Source of the DNA: a virus | Lineage: Duplodnaviria > Caudoviricetes | Virus record (IMG/VR): IMGVR_UViG_3300001525_000609 | Coordinates: 18,623-82,622 of that record | Reading direction: 5' to 3' (one strand) | DNA length: 64,000 bases | Shown here: piece by piece, positions 37,329-47,773 of the stretch | Layout: each line of letters begins with the position of its first letter | Numbering within the stretch: the first letter of the stretch is position 1 | Notes under the pieces: model-generated | Told to the model about the DNA's origin: nothing | Database searches by the model: none | The model's input: the letters and a program-made list of their open reading frames with translations, nothing else | Translations under genes and position numbers: made by a program

Positions 37329-38666
37329 ATGAGCGATTCGCAGAAGCCTTTGAAAATAATTTACAAACCTGTTGACAGCCTCACGCCTTATGAGAACAAC
37401 CCTCGCCTCAATGATGATGCTGTCCCCCAGGTGGCCAAGTCCATCGAATCATTCGGATTCCTTGTGCCTATGGTGGTATCCGCAGATGGCGTGGTCGTGA
37501 CAGGACATACACGCCTCAAGGCGGCCAAGATGCTCGGCATGGATAAAGTGCCCTGTATCTGTGCAGACGATCTTACTCCTGAACAGATCAAGGCGTTCAG
37601 GCTTGCAGACAACAAAGTGTCTGAGAGGGCTGATTGGGATCAGGATCTTCTGGCGATAGAGCTGGAGGGGCTTGGGGATTTCGAGTTCGAGATGGAAGAT
37701 TTCGGATTCACGCCTATGGATTTCGGCGATTTCGAGATGTCGGGCAATGAAGACGACGAAGAGGAAGATTATGTTGACGATTCGTCGCATTCGAAGAAAC
37801 AATCGAACGATTCCGATGATGCTATTGTCGATGACGAGCCCGAAGTGCTCATATCTGCGATGCCTGGAGCTGAAGCAGTCATCCAGTCGGGCGATATCGT
37901 CGAGCTGGGCCGGCACAGGCTCAGATGCGGCGATTCTCTTTTGAAAGAATCATACGATGAGCTCATGAAAGGCGTCGTCGCAGACCTCGCGTTCACTTCA
38001 CCGCCTTATAACGCGGCTCGTTTGAGCACAGGAAGGGCGCAGGACAGTGCAAAATATCTCCATAATGACGATATATACACCAATGAGGAGTATTCCAGGT
38101 TCCTGAATGCGGTCGCGGACCGCCTTTTGGACAATTCCGAGGAGGCCTTGATCAATGTAGGGGTGCTGAAAGGTTCAAAAATCGGGATAATCTCGCTTCT
38201 AGATGCACACAGGGGCAATTTCAAAGACCTCATTTATTGGAAGAAGAACAATCCTGTGCCTGCGATGGCCAAAAACCACATATCCAGTGCCGTGGAGCTG
38301 ATAATCGCCCTTGGAAGGGACGGCTCCCGCATGTTCAGGCACGATCCCGGGATCTGGTATGGAGTGATTGAAGGGAATTGGGCTGGCAACAATCAATATT
38401 CAGCCGTCCATAGGGCCACATTTCCGCTTTATCTCCCTACAGAGGTCATAAATCATCTTTCGGACGAGGATGCGGTCATCCTCGACCCCTTCGGAGGCAC
38501 GGGAACGACCCTTATCGCTTGCGAAGATACAGGCAGGACCTGCTATATGCAGGAGATAGACCCTGCATATTGCGATCTCATTGTCAGGCGCTATATCGAG
38601 AGAGTCGGTAGCTCCGACACAGTGCATCTGTTCAGAAACGGTGAAGAAGTGGATGCCAAGTGGTGA
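37329..38666 (+). CDS. ParB-N domain plus N4/N6 DNA methyltransferase
   Basis: LTPYENNPR...SIESFGFLVP...GHTRLKAA...RLADNK; TSPPY; HRATFP; DPFGGTGTT. Confidence 0.9.
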   Translation: MSDSQKPLKIIYKPVDSLTPYENNPRLNDDAVPQVAKSIESFGFLVPMVVSADGVVVTGHTRLKAAKMLGMDKVPCICADDLTPEQIKAFRLADNKVSERADWDQDLLAIELEGLGDFEFEMEDFGFTPMDFGDFEMSGNEDDEEEDYVDDSSHSKKQSNDSDDAIVDDEPEVLISAMPGAEAVIQSGDIVELGRHRLRCGDSLLKESYDELMKGVVADLAFTSPPYNAARLSTGRAQDSAKYLHNDDIYTNEEYSRFLNAVADRLLDNSEEALINVGVLKGSKIGIISLLDAHRGNFKDLIYWKKNNPVPAMAKNHISSAVELIIALGRDGSRMFRHDPGIWYGVIEGNWAGNNQYSAVHRATFPLYLPTEVINHLSDEDAVILDPFGGTGTTLIACEDTGRTCYMQEIDPAYCDLIVRRYIERVGSSDTVHLFRNGEEVDAKW

Positions 38667-38767
38667 TAGGATGGAGAGTATGAGTATTCATCACCACTCG
38701 ACAATATCTATAATCATTTCATAGTATAATTAATTATCGTCATACCATCGAGTATAGTATTGTTTTG

Positions 38768-38814
38768 CATTACAAATTACATAATTACATAGCTTTATCA
38801 AACATTTTAGAAAA
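38768..38814. repeat. Partial third copy of the ATTACA iteron block
   Basis: CATTACAAATTACATAATTACAT...AAACATTTTAGAAAA upstream of the VirE-type gene. Confidence 0.6.
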
Positions 38815-38888
38815 TCAAAAACAGTTTATATCAGATTCGACATAGACTGTTCAGATGCGATTCGGACGGTGTTAACCTGCAAAAGCCC

Positions 38889-40673
38889 GTGTTCATAGAC
38901 CAGATAAAAGCCGTAGGACTAGTGATCGACAAGACCGGAGTTGTTCACGACAAGAACGATGTGTTCCAATATCTCATGGTAGGGAAGGAGGAAGTCAGGA
39001 CTGTCGATGGGAGGTCCATACCCTACTCTGAGATAAAGCAGATGTCGTATGTCGAGAAAATGCATACAGTCGCCTTCAAGTATGCGGATTCGAAAGAGGA
39101 CGAGGAGGACGTTGTCTATGGGAGCCATTTCCCTGAGGAAGAGATTCCCATGTATGAAATGCCTCGTAGCACGTCTACGCTCAACGATGCGTTCGATATC
39201 CTCTATCCTGACAACAGAGAGCAGCTGTATTATGACGAGCTCCGCGAGAGGGAGATGATCGATATGACGATGCTGGACCGCCCCGATATGGGCGTAAGGC
39301 CATTCTCTGACCGCATCCTCGCGATGTATCATGACCATATCCAGAGGAGGCTGACCTATTGCGGATTCATGGGCACCAGGTATCCGTCAAATGATGTGAT
39401 GGACGAGGTTCTCCGCATCCGTGTCGGAGACCGCAGGAGGAATCTGTTCCGCGAATGGGTAGAGTCTCATGTATGGGATGGGAAGCCCAGGCTCAGAACA
39501 TGCTTCATTGATTACTGCGGTGTGGAGGCTCCCGCCCTTCAGGAAGACGGCAAGCACACTCCTGAAGAGCTCCAGTATATCGGCGATGTTACGGAAGCGT
39601 GGTTCATCGGTGGCATAAAGAGGATGTACGATGAAATCGCGCACGAAGTCGTGCCCGTTCTTATAGGAGGTCAGGGTGCCGGAAAAACCAATGCGCTGAG
39701 GTTCATAGCAGGCGATAATGATTGGTATCGTTCCACTACAGCCGATGTGTCTCAGCCTGCGCGGTTCTTGGAGACTATCAGGGGTGCGATAGTCGTGGAG
39801 ATGGGGGAGTCCAAGCAGATCCGTACTTCGGACAATGAGACTCTGAAGGCGTTCATATCGCAGTCATGCGACCAGTTGCGCATGCCTTATGCAAGATATG
39901 ACGAGTCGTTTCCCCGGCATTTTATTATGATAGCCACATCCAATATGGATTCCGTGTTCACGGACCTTACAGGGTCCAGACGTTTCTATCCCCTTTATTG
40001 CAATCCCCGTAATGCTGTCAAGTCATTCCCGACGACGGTACGTGGGGCGAGATACCAATACGAGATAGAGCAGATATGGGCTGAAGCTCTTTATCTGTAC
40101 AATGAAGGGCACAGATGGTTCGTGCCTAAGAACACTATCCCGCTCGCCAAGAAGATGCAGAAGTTCTGTGCGGTCGAGAATCCTGGACTGTCGCTCATCG
40201 ATTCTTACCTGGACGACCCTACGAACAATCTTACCAAGAGGGGGTCCAGGATAACCCGTTCTACGATAATGCGTGATATCTTCCAGATCGACCCGGGCCT
40301 TCCGCCTACACCTCAGGCAGAGACTATGTACCGCGCATGGAAGCTCGGCACCGACAGATGGGTACAATCACCTAAGCCCTTCTCCATCAATGGCAAGACC
40401 GTGAGGGGCTTCTCAAGAGTATATGAGCCTGGAGAGGAGATTCCTGAAGTCACGTTCAAGATGGTGGATGGTGGGGAGCCTGAACCCGAAGTCTCTGTGG
40501 AGAGCAGGTTCTCTCAGCTTCTCTCGATAAAGGGCATCGATAAAGAGGATGTGGTGATCGATATGTCAGGAATCCCCGATGAGGAGATAGAGGAGTACTT
40601 GTCTGAGGGCCTCATATACAATCTGGGTACAAGCTCCCATCCTGAGTTCCATGTGGGGTGTTTGGTTGGCTAA
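38889..40673 (+). CDS. VirE/VapE-family P-loop ATPase (replicative helicase)
   Basis: WDGKPRL, VLIGGQGAGKT, VVEMGE, LKAFIS...RMPY...FPRHFIMIATSN and DLTGSRRF. Confidence 0.9.
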   Translation: MFIDQIKAVGLVIDKTGVVHDKNDVFQYLMVGKEEVRTVDGRSIPYSEIKQMSYVEKMHTVAFKYADSKEDEEDVVYGSHFPEEEIPMYEMPRSTSTLNDAFDILYPDNREQLYYDELREREMIDMTMLDRPDMGVRPFSDRILAMYHDHIQRRLTYCGFMGTRYPSNDVMDEVLRIRVGDRRRNLFREWVESHVWDGKPRLRTCFIDYCGVEAPALQEDGKHTPEELQYIGDVTEAWFIGGIKRMYDEIAHEVVPVLIGGQGAGKTNALRFIAGDNDWYRSTTADVSQPARFLETIRGAIVVEMGESKQIRTSDNETLKAFISQSCDQLRMPYARYDESFPRHFIMIATSNMDSVFTDLTGSRRFYPLYCNPRNAVKSFPTTVRGARYQYEIEQIWAEALYLYNEGHRWFVPKNTIPLAKKMQKFCAVENPGLSLIDSYLDDPTNNLTKRGSRITRSTIMRDIFQIDPGLPPTPQAETMYRAWKLGTDRWVQSPKPFSINGKTVRGFSRVYEPGEEIPEVTFKMVDGGEPEPEVSVESRFSQLLSIKGIDKEDVVIDMSGIPDEEIEEYLSEGLIYNLGTSSHPEFHVGCLVG

Positions 40674-42042
40674 AGTATTGGCTGAGCATCAGGTCCTTGC
40701 ATTGGAGGTCATGAACGCCAACCCCTCTCTCGGCATATTCTATGCCGCAGGGTGCGGGAAGACGATCATCGCGATCACTTGGATCCGTGATGCCATCCAA
40801 GCAGGCATGATCGAGAGCGCATTGGTGATCTGCCCCAAATCCCTTATAGGAAGCTGGGAGCGTTCTATCGATGATGCGTCGTCCTTTGATCACATCTCCG
40901 CTGACGATGTGAAGATGCTGAAATCTCGTATCACCATCCGTTCGTTCCAGAAGATATACAAGTCAGAGAAGGTGCCTGTGAAGGACCGTAAGGGGTTCGT
41001 CAGATACAAGAAGCGCATATCGCTCCGCGAGGATGTAGACCGTCATTGGGGCGCAGTCTTTGTGGATGAATCGCATTGCATCGGGTCGCATAGTTCAATC
41101 CAGACTAAAGCCTGTATCGTGCTGGCCAAGCTTGCCAAGTATCGCTACATCATGTCGGGAACTCCTGTATCAGGAGGAAAGGGCAAAGAGGACTATCAGA
41201 AGCTCTATGGGCAGATGCGCTTCCTTCATCCTGAGATGTGGCCTACTTGGAAGGAGTTCTGCGAGGCATGCGTTAGAGGATACGATCGTTGGGGCAAACC
41301 TGTATCTTATAATCGTCCTTATTGCGAGAAGATATTGCGCGAGAATGCGATCGTGGCAAGGCTGGAAGACTGCTACGATATGCCCGAACAGATCGAAGTG
41401 CCTGTGCCGTGCGAACTGCTGGAGAAGAAGGCATATTCGGATATCAAGAAGGGCAACATCCTTCCATATGGTCTCGATTTGGAATCTGCGGGATCGCAAT
41501 ACATCAAGCTCTTGCAGATATGTTCCGGCTCGCTTAAGCGCGATGATGGGTCTGTGATGCAGATGAAGTGCTCTAAAGACGATGTGTTCCGGGAGATCAT
41601 TACAGGCACGGATGATAAGGTAGTGGTGTTCTGCCTTTATAGAGCGTCGATAGATCGCTGCGCAGCTATCGGAAGAGAGGAGGGCCGTAACGTGGTCATC
41701 TTCGACGGGCGCTCGAAAGGCAACGAGGATGACGAGTTCCAGACTGGCGATGCGGACATGATCGTTGCGCAATACAGTGTCGGAGGTCCGGGAGTGAATC
41801 TCTATGCATCGCATACGATGGTGATGTTCGAGCCGTGCCTTTCCGCACTGATGCTGGACCAGTCCATGCACCGTATCTTTCGCAAGGGTCAGGAGCACGC
41901 ATGTCGCTATATGATGCTGTATACGCCGCATACGTATGAAGACATGGCGTGGGCCACAGTCAAATCTGGCAAGGATGTGACTGCGGACCTCATGTACAGG
42001 TGGTCTCAGGGACTGGACATCCCTGACTTCACGTTTGGATGA
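40651..42042 (+). CDS. SNF2-like helicase
   Basis: GCGKT, ICPKS, FVDESH, MSGTP, G.GVNL and QSMHRIFRKGQ. Confidence 0.9.
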   Translation: MWGVWLAKVLAEHQVLALEVMNANPSLGIFYAAGCGKTIIAITWIRDAIQAGMIESALVICPKSLIGSWERSIDDASSFDHISADDVKMLKSRITIRSFQKIYKSEKVPVKDRKGFVRYKKRISLREDVDRHWGAVFVDESHCIGSHSSIQTKACIVLAKLAKYRYIMSGTPVSGGKGKEDYQKLYGQMRFLHPEMWPTWKEFCEACVRGYDRWGKPVSYNRPYCEKILRENAIVARLEDCYDMPEQIEVPVPCELLEKKAYSDIKKGNILPYGLDLESAGSQYIKLLQICSGSLKRDDGSVMQMKCSKDDVFREIITGTDDKVVVFCLYRASIDRCAAIGREEGRNVVIFDGRSKGNEDDEFQTGDADMIVAQYSVGGPGVNLYASHTMVMFEPCLSALMLDQSMHRIFRKGQEHACRYMMLYTPHTYEDMAWATVKSGKDVTADLMYRWSQGLDIPDFTFG

Positions 42043-42147
42043 ATACGCATTAAACTTTTTACCTTTCATACATTTTTCATACATCAGATATTATTAAATA
42101 CTACATAATCTATGTAGATATCGTGCTTGAAAGCACAGGAGCGGAAT

Positions 42148-43065
42148 ATGACTGAAAACAAAACGGAAGATAAGCTGACTCAGGAAGCGCAGTTCTATCA
42201 CAAGCTGTCTGAGCTGAGGAAGCTGATCCTGTCTAAGGATTGGAAGGACGATCACTTCATCCCCATTGGGGGGAAGAATGTCGGATTCGTGTCCTCGGAC
42301 AAGGTGAAGAAGACCATTGCGCCGCTGATCGCTCAGGCTGGTCTTGAACTTGTATCGCAGTTCAGCGATCTGACCTTTGTCGGTCAATCCCCTGGACAGA
42401 CACATGCGGTCGTCAAGTTCACAGCCAAGCTGATCGACGTCGATACCGGATATTGCGGAAGCGAAGCATGCGCATATGGTGCAGGCACGGATTCCGGAGA
42501 CAAGGCGGTTGGAAAGGCGCAGACGTATGCGCTGAAATACTGGATCATGTCGCAATTCATGATCACAGATGGCGTCGATCCCGATGCGGTGTATGATACT
42601 GCCCCCTTGTTCTATCGCAAGAATCCTGAGGAGCAGGAAGAGATAACGTCCAAGGTGCTCAGCAAGGGTGTAGCAGTTCCTGATAAGTCTGCGAAGGTCG
42701 CCGAGAAGCCGAGAGATGTTGTCAGCCCTAAGGTTGAAAATGTCTCTGAGCCTAAAGCTGAGACTGTAAAAGAAGGGGCTGCAAAGGCTGAGAACGCGCC
42801 TAAGGCTGTCGAAGCACCCAAGGTGGCAGAAGCTCACGCGAAAGCTCCTGAAGGGCCTGCAGATGCCCCTGTAAGCAAATTCACACCGCCTAAGCCGCAG
42901 GCTGAAGCGATCAACCGTATCGTGAAGATATGGACTCAGCGTGCGAAGGACGGGCTGGTAGAGGTGGAGGATTACAACAGGATGTCTATGGACAAGGCAA
43001 CCATCGCTTCTATGGAGGATGTTGTGAAATTCATCGCCAAATACAGAGTGACTGGAGGTGCTTGA
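42148..43065 (+). CDS. ERF-family ssDNA annealing protein
   Basis: G.DSGDKAVGKAQTYALKY...DGVDPD; PK-rich linker. Confidence 0.85.
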   Translation: MTENKTEDKLTQEAQFYHKLSELRKLILSKDWKDDHFIPIGGKNVGFVSSDKVKKTIAPLIAQAGLELVSQFSDLTFVGQSPGQTHAVVKFTAKLIDVDTGYCGSEACAYGAGTDSGDKAVGKAQTYALKYWIMSQFMITDGVDPDAVYDTAPLFYRKNPEEQEEITSKVLSKGVAVPDKSAKVAEKPRDVVSPKVENVSEPKAETVKEGAAKAENAPKAVEAPKVAEAHAKAPEGPADAPVSKFTPPKPQAEAINRIVKIWTQRAKDGLVEVEDYNRMSMDKATIASMEDVVKFIAKYRVTGGA

Positions 43066-43066
43066 T

Positions 43067-44137
43067 ATGGCAGGCACGCGCTACGCGCCGCCTGAAGTGC
43101 CATTCCGCATGGAAGGGGGCCACGTCGTCTCCGAAGGTGATGTGAAGGGGCACATATCAGGCACTATGGTCGCAGGGATCATCGGATTGTCGCCCTGGTC
43201 GACCCCCTTCCAGGTCGCATGCGACCTGTTGGGGGTGGCTACAAAGGATATCTCAGACAGCCCTGCCGTCAAAGCAGGACAAGCGCTCGAATCAGTGGTC
43301 ATAGATTACATGCAGAACCTCTATTCAGATAGCATAGGGTCGTTCGTCCCCGCAGAGGAGCTATACCCGAAGCGTGCCGGCAAGCACGCAGACTGGCCCT
43401 CCGATTTCGATGACGAGATCTTTGCAGGGCATGTGGACGGCATCGTGATGGCCTACGACGGGAATCAGTACATCCTCGAAGTCAAGACATCCTCCAATAT
43501 GGAGTCTTGGGAGCATGGCGTCCCGTCATACTACTATTGGCAGGTGGCCCTGTACAATCACTTCATGACCAAGCAGGACAAGGCGTATGTCGCACTCGGA
43601 GTGATGAATCCTCGTGCGCTCAAAGACCCGACCACGTGGGTCCCGTCCAAGGACAACGCGGCTCTCTTCGAGATGCCTATCGACCAGAAAGGAGTCGAGG
43701 TAGTGCTGGAGGAGCTTCGCATATGGTACAACAAGTATATCGCTAACGGGATAACTCCCGACTATGACCCCAACAACCCTCGGGATGTGGAACTCTATAA
43801 GCACCTGTGCAATCTCACTTGCGAAGCGAGCGGGGTGCAGGACAAGGTGGCCCAGCTGTACAAGGTCAGGCTGCAGATCTCTGGGCACGAGTCTGAGATC
43901 GCAGAGCTGTATGCCGAGCGTGACGAGTTGACGGCACAGATCAAGGACTACATGTCTTGTCATGAGATGGATCGTATCGATTCGTCTAATGGAGATGTGT
44001 ATGTCTCCTTGCAGACTTCCCGCAGGAGCAAGATCGACCCCGAGCTGATGAAGAAAGACGGGTTGAATCCCGATAAATACACCGTAGAAACCGAAGTCAA
44101 AACATTTACAGTCAAGATGAACAAAGAGGTAGAGTGA
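43067..44137 (+). CDS. YqaJ-like (lambda-Exo family) nuclease
   Basis: ISGTMVAGIIGLSPWST, GHVDG, LEVKT and YYWQVALY. Confidence 0.85.
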   Translation: MAGTRYAPPEVPFRMEGGHVVSEGDVKGHISGTMVAGIIGLSPWSTPFQVACDLLGVATKDISDSPAVKAGQALESVVIDYMQNLYSDSIGSFVPAEELYPKRAGKHADWPSDFDDEIFAGHVDGIVMAYDGNQYILEVKTSSNMESWEHGVPSYYYWQVALYNHFMTKQDKAYVALGVMNPRALKDPTTWVPSKDNAALFEMPIDQKGVEVVLEELRIWYNKYIANGITPDYDPNNPRDVELYKHLCNLTCEASGVQDKVAQLYKVRLQISGHESEIAELYAERDELTAQIKDYMSCHEMDRIDSSNGDVYVSLQTSRRSKIDPELMKKDGLNPDKYTVETEVKTFTVKMNKEVE

Positions 44138-44138
44138 A

Positions 44139-44594
44139 ATGGTAAAGATAACAGAGTGGGAATTCAGCAACGAAGAGGACCAGTCCTACATACCCCCTGA
44201 GGAGGGGTATAGGCACCTCTTGATCAAGGGCGCCAGCCTTGACGAGGAGAACCTCGTCTACCGCGTCGAGTTCCAGGACCTTCAGAACGAGGCCGAGTTC
44301 AGCATCCGCTATTGGATGAACAAGCTCAACGATTCGAACGTCTATGTCCCCGACAGGAGCCAGAGGGGGACACTGGTCACGCTCGGTCACGCTGTCCTCG
44401 GGACAGAGAAGGGCATCCCCTTCCCCGAGGATATCATCGGAGGAGTGGTGGCTGCGAACCTCATGCTCAAGGCATCCACGAAGAACCCTGACAAGTTCTA
44501 CCCCAGGATATACAAGTACCTGCCCGTTACTGCGGAGTGGGCCTGCCTGGGGTCCATAGACCAGTTCACTGTCGACTCGGAGGAGGCGTTCTGA
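44139..44594 (+). CDS. OB-fold ssDNA-binding protein (DUF669-like)
   Basis: YIPPEEGY...IKGA pattern; lies in the recombination operon. Confidence 0.55.
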   Translation: MVKITEWEFSNEEDQSYIPPEEGYRHLLIKGASLDEENLVYRVEFQDLQNEAEFSIRYWMNKLNDSNVYVPDRSQRGTLVTLGHAVLGTEKGIPFPEDIIGGVVAANLMLKASTKNPDKFYPRIYKYLPVTAEWACLGSIDQFTVDSEEAF

Positions 44595-44637
44595 ACAATC
44601 GAGGGGCACATGCCCCTCCCCTTAATGATGTGAGAAT

Positions 44638-45072
44638 ATGAATGAACGTGATGTGTGGGATTATGCAGTGACGTCCAAACTGATCGCATTGAGCAATACG
44701 GCCATGGGTGTGACCATCAACTCTTTTGCGTTCGGACGTTTAGCAGTCGGAGATATCGTGTATATGGAGCTGACTTCTATTAAATATCCTGCCATGGTCA
44801 TGCGCGCGGTCAGACAGATTGCCAAACGCTCTCGCACAATGGTGCTAGCTGTGCCTACTGCATGGGGATTCAAACTAGGGGATGTGGTATCGATCAGGAT
44901 GTGCGTCATTGGAGCAAAATCGGAGCAGCTGAGAGCTACCATGGCAGAGCTGGCGCCTAAGTCATTGGCTGATTTGGATGGCACTCCTTTGGCGAGTAAC
45001 GATGATCCCGATCAGGATATCGAGTGTGAAAGCAATGCCCTCAATGCCGGAAGCTGCCTTAAAATCAGATAA
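44638..45072 (+). CDS. Tandem AbrB-like domain protein
   Basis: Two repeats ending LAVGDIVYMEL and FKLGDVVSIRM. Confidence 0.55.
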   Translation: MNERDVWDYAVTSKLIALSNTAMGVTINSFAFGRLAVGDIVYMELTSIKYPAMVMRAVRQIAKRSRTMVLAVPTAWGFKLGDVVSIRMCVIGAKSEQLRATMAELAPKSLADLDGTPLASNDDPDQDIECESNALNAGSCLKIR

Positions 45073-45334
45073 GATCAAAACATATCTGAAGTCGATACCG
45101 TGCCTGTTTCTGCACTCTGTGCCTGGAGGAGCGTTCGGTAAATGCGGAGTTCCAGACATTATTGTGTGCTATAAAGGCAAGTATATCGGGATCGAGGCCA
45201 AGACCTATGAAGGGTGTCAATCCGAGATACAGAAGACACGCCAATTCCAGATAGAGCAGGCAGGCGGGATCTACATCCTTGCAAGATGTGTAGAGGATGT
45301 GCAGGCTGTCATAGAGCCTATGAGAAACCAATGA
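45035..45334 (+). CDS. VRR-NUC nuclease (Holliday junction resolvase-like)
   Basis: GVPDIIVCYKGKYIGIEAK...Q...IEQAGG. Confidence 0.9.
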   Translation: MPSMPEAALKSDKIKTYLKSIPCLFLHSVPGGAFGKCGVPDIIVCYKGKYIGIEAKTYEGCQSEIQKTRQFQIEQAGGIYILARCVEDVQAVIEPMRNQ

Positions 45335-45380
45335 TGGGGTCATCCCCATCTATTTTTATTTAGAACTGCTTTATGAGCTT

Positions 45381-46121
45381 ATGAGCTATACCGATTCGAC
45401 CGAACCCACGTATTGCACGGTCGAGGATGTTGAGGAGACCCTGGGGCTATCAGACCCCAACAATCCTCTTGACATTTTCCGTTTCAGCGACGTCAGCCAG
45501 CCTCGCCTGGACCGTGTCGTAAAGCTCATCCTCGCATCAGAAGATGAGATAGATCGTCGTACTCGCAGGACATGGAGGGTCAATTATGTCAAGGACTATG
45601 TTGCTACCATCCAAACATACTGGAATGACATCAACGGCATACGTATGGAGTATTATCAGCAAGGCGGAAATTACATCCAGCTCCGCAAGGACATTCGTCC
45701 GTGGGACCCCGAACAAGGGGATAAGCTTGAGATAAGGTCGAGATACAATCAATGGAACGATATCACGAATGCCAATTATGATGGAGATCCTCAAGGGTAT
45801 GATGGGCGCACGGCATATTGGTTCGACTATCCCTATGGTAAGCTATATCTCCGCACGCGCATGTTCCAGGTCAAGCCTAATGCCCTCCGCATATCATACC
45901 GTTATGGCTCTGATGAGCCTATTCCAAGCGGTATAAACAGGCTATGTTGCCTTTTGACTGCATCTAAGATAATCACGATGGGCATCTATGATGTCAAGCT
46001 CGGTCTTGGTGGCGACATCGCGGGCGTCAAGGACTCTTTGTTGAGGTCTTGGCAAACAGAGATCGGCACGCTATATTCCTCATTCCAGAGGTCGGGATCG
46101 GTGCATTCTCTGCTGAGGTGA
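45381..46121 (+). CDS. Head-tail adaptor
   Basis: YCTVEDV, ISYRYG and IPSGINRLC patterns; first gene of the tail operon. Confidence 0.7.
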   Translation: MSYTDSTEPTYCTVEDVEETLGLSDPNNPLDIFRFSDVSQPRLDRVVKLILASEDEIDRRTRRTWRVNYVKDYVATIQTYWNDINGIRMEYYQQGGNYIQLRKDIRPWDPEQGDKLEIRSRYNQWNDITNANYDGDPQGYDGRTAYWFDYPYGKLYLRTRMFQVKPNALRISYRYGSDEPIPSGINRLCCLLTASKIITMGIYDVKLGLGGDIAGVKDSLLRSWQTEIGTLYSSFQRSGSVHSLLR

Positions 46122-46125
46122 GCGT

Positions 46126-46656
46126 GTGTTCAGAGATGTTGTAGAGGAACATAAGTTCTTCACAGATGATGCGGAGATGGTCGCAGGGTTCATCCGGTCT
46201 GGGTGGAGCTTAGGGCCTGAGAAAGAACCCTCTATAGGGTATACGCCTGAATCGTACATCACCAATGCGCGTTATGGGTCGATATATGTCTATGTGCTCA
46301 ATAGAGCCAATCAGATAACCACCACAGATTATAGGACATTGCAGAGAGTAGCGCATGTAGGCATAAAAGTCACCTGCCGCCATAGAGTGCCTTATTTCGA
46401 GATGTGTGAGGAGATATATCGTATAATATTGGCCAATCGCAGGCTAGGCGTTCATGGGCTCAACGGCTATTCATTCATGGAAGTAGTCAATGAGAGGTCG
46501 TCCAATGACTTGGTCGGGTGGTATACGACGACGTTCGACATCAAGTTGACAGGCTATGTATCCCCTATCCGCAGCGCAGGATTCGGAGATAGAGTGAATA
46601 AGAAAATCGAATGTAATTTAAATCAAGATAGGAATGAGCAATCATGTCAGGTATAA
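46126..46656 (+). CDS. Tail terminator/completion protein
   Basis: Position before the tail tube gene; size; beta-rich sequence. Confidence 0.55.
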   Translation: MFRDVVEEHKFFTDDAEMVAGFIRSGWSLGPEKEPSIGYTPESYITNARYGSIYVYVLNRANQITTTDYRTLQRVAHVGIKVTCRHRVPYFEMCEEIYRIILANRRLGVHGLNGYSFMEVVNERSSNDLVGWYTTTFDIKLTGYVSPIRSAGFGDRVNKKIECNLNQDRNEQSCQV

Positions 46657-47741
46657 GATCCTCATTCGTTTTCTGCAAGGAGGATTCGTTCAAAGGGGGC
46701 AAACCCGATGGCTGCTCCTGGATATCCCCTCCTCCCAGCTCGTTCCTCTCGACAACGCACAATAGGTCCACTACACGCCTTTACTCGTCGGGATCAAAAT
46801 ATTGGGATACAGTTGCATATGGCCAGATGTCAGGGTCGTTCGAATGGACGTTCACCGCAGACTACAGCTATATCGAGCCTTTCCTGTTGTGTTTTGAGAG
46901 CGTATCCTACAAAGATGGTATATATACCTTGTCGAAAGTCAACAACAAGCGTGTGCCGTCGTTCACGATCCTGCGCAAGACTCTGAATCGTAACTTCAGC
47001 TACAACCCTGATGTAAAGGATGAAACGATCGAGTACAAGGGCTGTGTCATCAAAACTGTAAGATTTTCGAAATCCGCAGGGGCTAGTCAACTTAACGTCA
47101 CCATGTCTGGGTTCTACGCTTTGGAATCTGCTGACGATTCCGATCTGGATGCTACGGACTATAAGGATTACGATGGACAGCTCATGGAATTCCAGTGCAT
47201 GTTCATCGACAGCATCAGCAGCGAGAACTATGTTGCTAACACCGAATCTTTATCGCTCGGCATAGAAACGTCGGCATCAGCGATATATTCGACATGCACT
47301 CCTTTCGCATCAGAATACAATGAAGGCCAGACTTCATACACATTCGGCACGACCTGCTATTCCAATGACCCTTCGCATTACAAACGCAGGCTGTATTCGG
47401 GAGGGTATGATAATACGACGCTGTCTCCTATGTCCAAAGGCATGAAACCTATTCCCAAGGTGCTGCTTGCGACATATGACGGCAACTTGAGCGATGACGA
47501 GTCTAAGAACATTGCAGATGTATATGCTAAGTCTTCGAAGAGCTCTGTGTTCACTCTCACTAAAGTGGTCATCAAATCGCTCACGTGGCAGAAAGGAGAC
47601 GGGTCGAAGCTTCAAGACCAGATCAATTCAACCGAAGTCCAGAAAGTAGATTTGGTCATTAAGAACGGCTCTGGTCTCGACACAAATACTATATGGACCT
47701 CTGTCAATCCCAATGCACTGGATCATATCGAAGGCAGTTGA
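46644..47741 (+). CDS. Major tail tube protein
   Basis: Synteny; YKGCVIKTVRFSKSAG..LNVTMSG tube-like strands. No sheath gene seen. Confidence 0.7.
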   Translation: MSGIRSSFVFCKEDSFKGGKPDGCSWISPPPSSFLSTTHNRSTTRLYSSGSKYWDTVAYGQMSGSFEWTFTADYSYIEPFLLCFESVSYKDGIYTLSKVNNKRVPSFTILRKTLNRNFSYNPDVKDETIEYKGCVIKTVRFSKSAGASQLNVTMSGFYALESADDSDLDATDYKDYDGQLMEFQCMFIDSISSENYVANTESLSLGIETSASAIYSTCTPFASEYNEGQTSYTFGTTCYSNDPSHYKRRLYSGGYDNTTLSPMSKGMKPIPKVLLATYDGNLSDDESKNIADVYAKSSKSSVFTLTKVVIKSLTWQKGDGSKLQDQINSTEVQKVDLVIKNGSGLDTNTIWTSVNPNALDHIEGS

Positions 47742-47773
47742 ATCCGGCATGATCTGGGAACGGATGTGATTAT

